From assembly GCF_902459465.1 (NCBI RefSeq), contig NC_047078.1:6944001-7008000 (forward strand): 64,000 nucleotides of DNA, read 5' to 3'. Positions within the stretch are counted from its first letter, which is position 1. Each line of letters starts with the position of its first letter. Positions 58,301 to 64,000 of this stretch are shown here, piece after piece. A program made the translations under genes and the position numbers. The notes below the pieces were generated by a model. That model did not search any database. It saw only the letters and a program-made list of their open reading frames with translations, and was not told the origin of the DNA. Source of the stretch: Asterias rubens (taxonomy: Eukaryota).

Positions 58301-61300
58301 AATGCCATCGAGATTTAGTTAATCCTGGAAATTGTTCGCATAATACCTGAAAAGAACAAGTGTTTTGTTTGGTATCAGCTATGATCTACAAAATGCTGTC
58401 AGGATTTCATAATTGTCATGGTAGTTCAGGAAACAGTGAAGTGATGTACTTTTTTCCCTGATGACTTAAGACGTGATGTATTTTACATGGCTAAGTTAAT
58501 AAGCTACGTTGTTGGATAGGTCTTAAGCTTGACTAGAGAAGATCTCAGAATGCCATTAGTTTGAAAATATCCCTTCCAGAATTACATTCAGCTCTTCGCT
58601 GCACTCGGTTAAAGGTAAACTCTCCCAAAATGTTCCTCCGATGAGTTGTAAACAAATACAGAAGTCTGGAAGCATCCATCAGTCTTGAGTAATTGTGCAC
58701 ATTATCTAAATGTCTTGTTTGGGTATAAAGTAGAAGCTCCCTCTCAAAGAACGTAGATTTTGAGAAAGAAGTAATTTTCCACAAATTTGATACATAGAGA
58801 AATAAGAGACCTCAGAATTTGATTTTGGGGTCCCGAAATCAAGCATCTGAAAGCACACAACTTAATGTGACAGTGGTGTTTTTTCTTCCATTATTATCTT
58901 GCAACTTTGACGAATTTAGTTCAAATTTTCACAGGTTTGGTATTTTGTGCATATGTTGAAATACACCAAGTGAGAAGACTAGTCTTTGACAGTTACGAAA
59001 GAGTGTCCAGTGTCTTTAATAATGCTAAAGTTTTTTCGTAAAACATAAACTGGGTGTTTATTTCAGGCACCATTATACGTGTTGTGCACTTTAAAACACT
59101 TGGAATGCCCATCACCAAATTTTCTGATAAAAATGTTAACAAATGCTGTACTTTTTTATTTAAAGTAGTATTCCATAGTCAAAAGTTATTATTCAAAATA
59201 ATATTTATTATTCATTGAAGGGAAATGAAATCTTACACTACTGGTTTCTTTATTTAGATTTGGTTTGATTTAAAACACAAATGGATTATTACCCTTTTTT
59301 GCTAACATTAAGTTGTTGTACTCTAAGTATTGTTAAAACTGTTGATGTTTATTCAGGTTGCATTTTATTATTCGTTATCTCAGTTTTTTAGAACAAAATA
59401 AAGACCACAGACGTAGAAAACCTTTTACTGTATTCTCCCCTCGATTTGTTTTACCAAGGATAATCCGATTCGTCCAAGGCGCCCCATTTATGGATCTTCA
59501 AAGTCATCTTCATCTCCACGTAGTTTCAGTGTAGAACAGCGTGGTAAGTAAATAATACAACCTCAAATGTCATCTTTCAAAAAGCTATTTTGACCTTTTA
59601 AGATATGTTAAATTATTTTATACATATTTAGGTTTAGTAAAATTTCATGTAAGGATAGTTCAGTTAGTTTTCATCTTGCAGTGGTCATGTTAAACAAGTA
59701 GAGTCTCGAGCACTTGAAACCTGTGGTTATATTAGTTCACAAATAGCACAAGTAAAGCAAAAGGAACATTCATTATTTTCTATGGTGAGGCCCAACTGAT
59801 ATACTTTCAAAAAAATTAAACAAAACACCAAACACAGAAAATATAAGCCTGACAGAAGAGAGCAAAACATGTTCAGAAAAACAAAGCAAATATTCTCTGT
59901 CAATAATTTATATTTGTTATTTCCCTGATTATTGCAGCCTCTCGTACCTAAAATCTATCAAAAAATAAACACTTTGTCAAGCTTCCATAATATTTATTTC
60001 CCTGTCATAAACACCCAGTTTCGAACGTCATTTTTTAGGGAATTTAATTGATGTTCGCGAAACAATTATGGAATTTGCATGACACCCGAGAAAATTGATG
60101 GAGTAAGTTGCAAAATGATGCTCGGAACTTTATTACCTTTGCGCAATCCACATCAGAGCAGAAATTGATTTAGGTTAAAAAAACTAGCTCGTAAACTTTC
60201 GACAAGAAATGGCTACAAGTGTAAACCAAAGAGCAACTGAAAGTCAACTGGATCAACAGACATCAAGAGACTTGTCAGAATTACATGTTCTTTCGAGTAA
60301 GATTCACTTGGTGTCATTGAAGCTGAATCTACATAGGATTAAATCTGTAGATGAAGCTCAAATGAAAACAGACACCAAAGTATCAGAGAAACAACATCAT
60401 GACAAAATGAAAGGGGCTCATTTTAAACTAGAGTTAACACTCAGAAGTGTGTTTATTTTGTCATTGTTCTTGCTATCACTTATACACAGGTGTACTCAAA
60501 TAATTTGTGCGTCCTTTTTTTAATACACAGAAGTAGAACCACTGAGTGCAAGAGAAGTGCAGGAAAAAGAAAAGGTTTGCTAATAAATAGTTTGCTATTG
60601 CGTACAAAAGATGCCTTATCCACAATTAAATACAATAATGTGATAATGGAATCCGATCCAGAGGATGTTGAACTTAAGGACGACACTTTCAAAACGAAAT
60701 GGTGCACAACGAAATCCATTACAACTGTCACTGGTTGGTTTTTACTTATCAATTTTAAGTTTAAGTTTCTGCCTTACAAACATTATCAAGCAAGCTCTGA
60801 CTTATCATGTCCCCACCTCTGTGCATAAACCTCTTTGATGCGGTATACCTACTAGGGGTTAAGATTGTTACCCTTAAGTTTCATGGCAATGATTATTGAA
60901 AGTAAAACTGTCTGATCAAATGCACAAATTTAAAATGTCAAATTTATATGTTACTCAAATATTCAACTTGTAACAAATTATCTGGTGTATTGGCATACAA
61001 ATTTAACTAAATCCTGGCAAATCAATACATGATGAGCGAAATTACTTACATTAGACTCCTACCGGGAACAAACAAGTGTTATCGGTGGGAATCAACTATG
61101 ATCTACAAAATGTGTTAAGGATTATCAACTTGTGTTATGTAGTTTTGAGCTACATTGTTGGATAGGCCTTATAGCATGATAGCATGATGGTTTACTTGTC
61201 TTTCACTAAACAATCCACCACTTCGAAAGCAGCTCCCTTTAGTTGAAACTCATAAAATAAGTTGTTACTGGTCAACCTTTTACCAGTCTATAAGGAACAC

Positions 61301-63860
61301 TTACGGTTGATCCCTCGGCTATGTGTATAAATAGCTTCACAAACCAAAACTTCTTACAGGTGACTGCCCTGATTACTCGGGTAGTTTCCGCAACCTTGTA
61401 TTCCGTTTGCATTTGTCCCTTCATACCATCTCTTTATTACACTTTATCCTAAACTTTTCACTCATTTAAAAACTGTTCTGATTTTTCTTAAGCATTTGAG
61501 GCACATCTCAAAGGAAATCGACGAGCTCTCATCTATAGTAAGAACGGAGATGCTACCTGGTCAGTTACATTCATTGATCGAGAAATTGATCAAGGAACAG
61601 AAACAGCTTGTAAACTTCCAACAAGAAATGGCTGCAAGTGTAGAACAAAGAGCAACTGACAGTCAACTGGATCAACGGAAATCAAGAGACTTGTCAGAAT
61701 TATTTATTCTTTTGAGTAAGATCCACTTGGTGTCATTAAGGCTGAATCTACATAGGATGAAATCTGTTGATGAAGCTCAAATGAAAACGGACACCGAAGT
61801 ATCAGAGAAACAAGATTACAAAGATTACAAAATGTATCAGGCTCTTTCTAAACTAGAGTGGACACTGCAGCAGCATCTTCATACACTACAACATATCGAA
61901 AGGTATGATACAAAACCACAGAACATAGAAAGTGTATACTACTTCCAACAGATGCTAGTTGATGATTTGCAAGGCTTGGCTCAACAAACCCTACAGGTAA
62001 AGGAGCCTGCCTATCAAGAGCAGTGCATGAAGAATATGAATGTGTTCATTAACACACAGCAGCAATTGGTTCAAAACCTCACAAATCTGCAAAAGCAAAA
62101 AAAAGGCAGCAAGCTGGAGAAGGCGTCCTCTAAGCAAGATGATCTACCTGCACGGGACACTGGCAAGCAGCAAAATGAACTGGAACTGATCACAGAACAG
62201 ACTGATTTGATGCAGGAGCCCTCTAAGCAAGATGATCTACCTGCAGGGGAGGTTGGTAAACAGCAAAACGAACTGGAACTGATCACAGAACAGACTGATT
62301 TGATGAAGGAGCCCTCTAAGCAAGATGATCTACCTGCAGGGGAGGTTGGTAAACAGCTAAATGAACTGGAACTGATCACAGAACAGACTGATTTGATGAA
62401 GGAGCCCTCTAAGCAAGATGATCTACCTGCAGGGGAGGTTGGTAAACAGCTAAATGAACTGGAACTGATCACAGAACAGACTGATTTGATGAAGGCGCCC
62501 TCTAAGCAAGATGATCTACCTGCAGGGGAGGTTGGTAAACAGCAAAACGAACTGGAGCTGATCACAGAACAGACTGATTTGATGAAGGAGCCCTCTAAGC
62601 AAGATGATCTACCTGCAGGGGAGGTTGGTAAACAGCTAAATGAACTGGAACTGATCACAGAACAGACTGATTTGATGAAGGAGCCCTCTAAGCAAGATGA
62701 TCTACCTGCAGGGGAGGTTGGTAAACAGCAAAACGAACTGGAACTGATCACAGAACAGACTGAGTTGTTGCTAGATTGTCTCCGCTGGATGCGATGTCGT
62801 GGAGTATGGCAAGAGTGCACTGACCATTTCATATGGATGTTGATATGTTCTGTACTTACTGTACATCATATGTCCCATGGTCTTAGCTGGGAATGTGTTG
62901 AGGAGGTCTTCTCATCACATTCACATTTTCATTACAGGCCGAGGTATGGCAAACTGCAACAACTTGGTTACATTATAGACAGGACCATGCACAGTCAAAG
63001 AAGATTCTTGAAAGCTGAACTGTGGAATAAAATACAAAGTAAGAAGAACAAACTTATTACTGATGGTTTGTTATCTTAGTGAAGGATCCAGCATAAACAT
63101 GCAATTCAACTCAATGAATTTCAAATTTGCATACTTAACTTACATAAGGGATAAAGAATAGTTTTATTGCTTTACCCATACACCTATGTTCGTTATGCAG
63201 TGTATAAAATACTTTCCTTGAGTCATGTGAAAAACTCCTAGACCTTGACCTTTTTTTAGAGCAAATGTCTTGCCACTACAAACCAACGAGATTGACCCTA
63301 AGACACCTGCCTTAAAGTACTATGCAAATTTCAGTGTATTAACAGATTTTAATGTATTAACCAGATTTCAAGTCAAATCATTACTTTGAGAAATGTTGCG
63401 GATGAAGTGCCCATCAGTGTGTTAACATCAGAAATAACAATGTAGTTTACATCGACTACATTATGTTGGTAAACCTTGACATTGTTACTATAGACTTTTT
63501 TTTTTTTTTTACACAGCAATTAATTAAGTTATCAAAATATATGTCTAAAGTGGTGGAAGGAAACGTGGGTATATAATGTTTTGTATTTTATGAACAGACT
63601 GATTTATATTTGTTTACAAATGTTCAGAGAAAAGGAAACATTGGAAACGTTCAGGTGATTATGTTGGACTGGCACTGCATTTTTCCCAACTTGCGGTGAG
63701 ACAATCAAACCAAGATGACCCAATTGCAGAAAGACGCTCACTGAAGGGTAACCCAACTGATGTGAGACTGTCAAACCAAGAAGGCTCGATTGTAGTGAGA
63801 CATTCACTGAAGGGTGACCCAACTGATGTGAGACACTCAACGCAAGAAGACCAAATTGAT
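52340..63860 (+). CDS. Second paralog, N-terminal modules: D 52340-52383, E 53135-53155, A (disrupted), B 54889-54983, C 55557-55620, B' 57943-57974, H 59459-59543, D 60531-60574, E 61360-61380, A 61493-63038, B 63628-63860
   Basis: Same exon order and phases as the first gene but without the four-unit expansion; continues past the window end; no 5' exons found. Confidence 0.5.
53267..54285 (+). pseudogene. Exon A copy 3, disrupted and diverged (one repeat)
   Basis: In-frame TAA at 53609-53611 followed by a frame change before 53745; splice sites retained (cttaag; CAA G|gtaaga). Confidence 0.72.
54525..54650 (+). mobile_element. Degenerate SINE fragment related to the 50040 element
   Basis: gggttcaaatcccacttgagtaat...gaaagt...tgagtatac resembles 50085-50165; absent from paralogous introns. 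Confidence 0.5.
55084..55310 (-). mobile_element. SINE fragment with V-SINE-like core
   Basis: Reverse strand reads gacacttgtgtccttgagcaagatactttac...cacccaggggtata; absent from paralogous introns (5090-5110, 30380-30400); possible ataacaa duplication. Confidence 0.6.
55665..57790. repeat. Same minisatellite, longest and most diverged array
   Basis: About 2.1 kb with recurring variant units (e.g. ctcactccttctcagctcac, cacatcatacatccccct). Confidence 0.95.
61493..63038 (+). CDS. Exon A copy 4: coiled-coil-rich exon with seven 31-aa repeats
   Basis: ORF 61496-63079 (527 aa) is nearly identical to copy 2 apart from 62 extra aa (two repeats); same splice sites. Confidence 0.75.
62123..62773 (+). 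repeat. Coding VNTR, 93-bp unit x7
   Basis: Directly visible tandem repeats; approximate ends. Confidence 0.95.
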
Positions 63861-64000
63861 GTGAGACATAATTATCTTAGTCAAAAGTTGATTCCACTTT
63901 AAACTATTCTACCTGTTAAATATCAAATAGATACTGCTGATAATAATCAAGGTTGAAAGAAAAAAAGATTACAGGTTAACAAATGACCGCCCTACTGTAT

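Larger units (their letters stand above)
51740..64000 (+). repeat. Segmental duplication of the 1.65-10.4 kb and 27-30.5 kb blocks
   Basis: 57.8-59.2 kb matches 7.2-8.6 kb; 60.2-63.5 kb matches 27.0-30.1 kb; 51.8-54.3 kb matches 1.7-4.4 kb with more divergence. Confidence 0.93.

Overview
AT-rich eukaryotic (animal) genomic DNA with GT-AG introns. The repeat content (TTAA-flanked MITEs, tRNA-derived SINEs, a THAP-bearing element) suggests a marine invertebrate, probably an echinoderm; this is inference only. There are no prokaryotic features, rRNA, true tRNA or CRISPR. About three quarters of the window is segmental duplication, and most ORFs in the supplied track are artefacts of repeats or introns. 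Reading the splice sites by hand gives a + strand multi-exon gene whose 3' half (33.9-44.3 kb) encodes ZU5 - UPA-like - unclassified death-fold-like - Death domain, with every junction phase-compatible. Upstream, the duplicated blocks carry short exons that I label I (phase 0>1), J (1>0), H (0>1), D (1>0), E (0>0), A (large coiled-coil exon with a 93-bp VNTR, 0>1), B (1>0), C (0>1) and B'/D' (1>0). These chain in frame with each other and with the ZU5-Death exons. A ~4-kb unit holding I-J-H-D is repeated four times in tandem, and exon H differs between near-identical units by frame-preserving changes. A second, partial paralog of the N-terminal modules starts at ~51.7 kb and runs off the window. 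Also present: an isolated first coding exon of an SLC16/MCT-like transporter (- strand), a 43-44-bp intronic minisatellite (three arrays), many MITEs and SINEs, a THAP-bearing Kolobok-like non-autonomous element and an unclassified 1.2-kb insertion. All gene models are manual predictions without transcript support.
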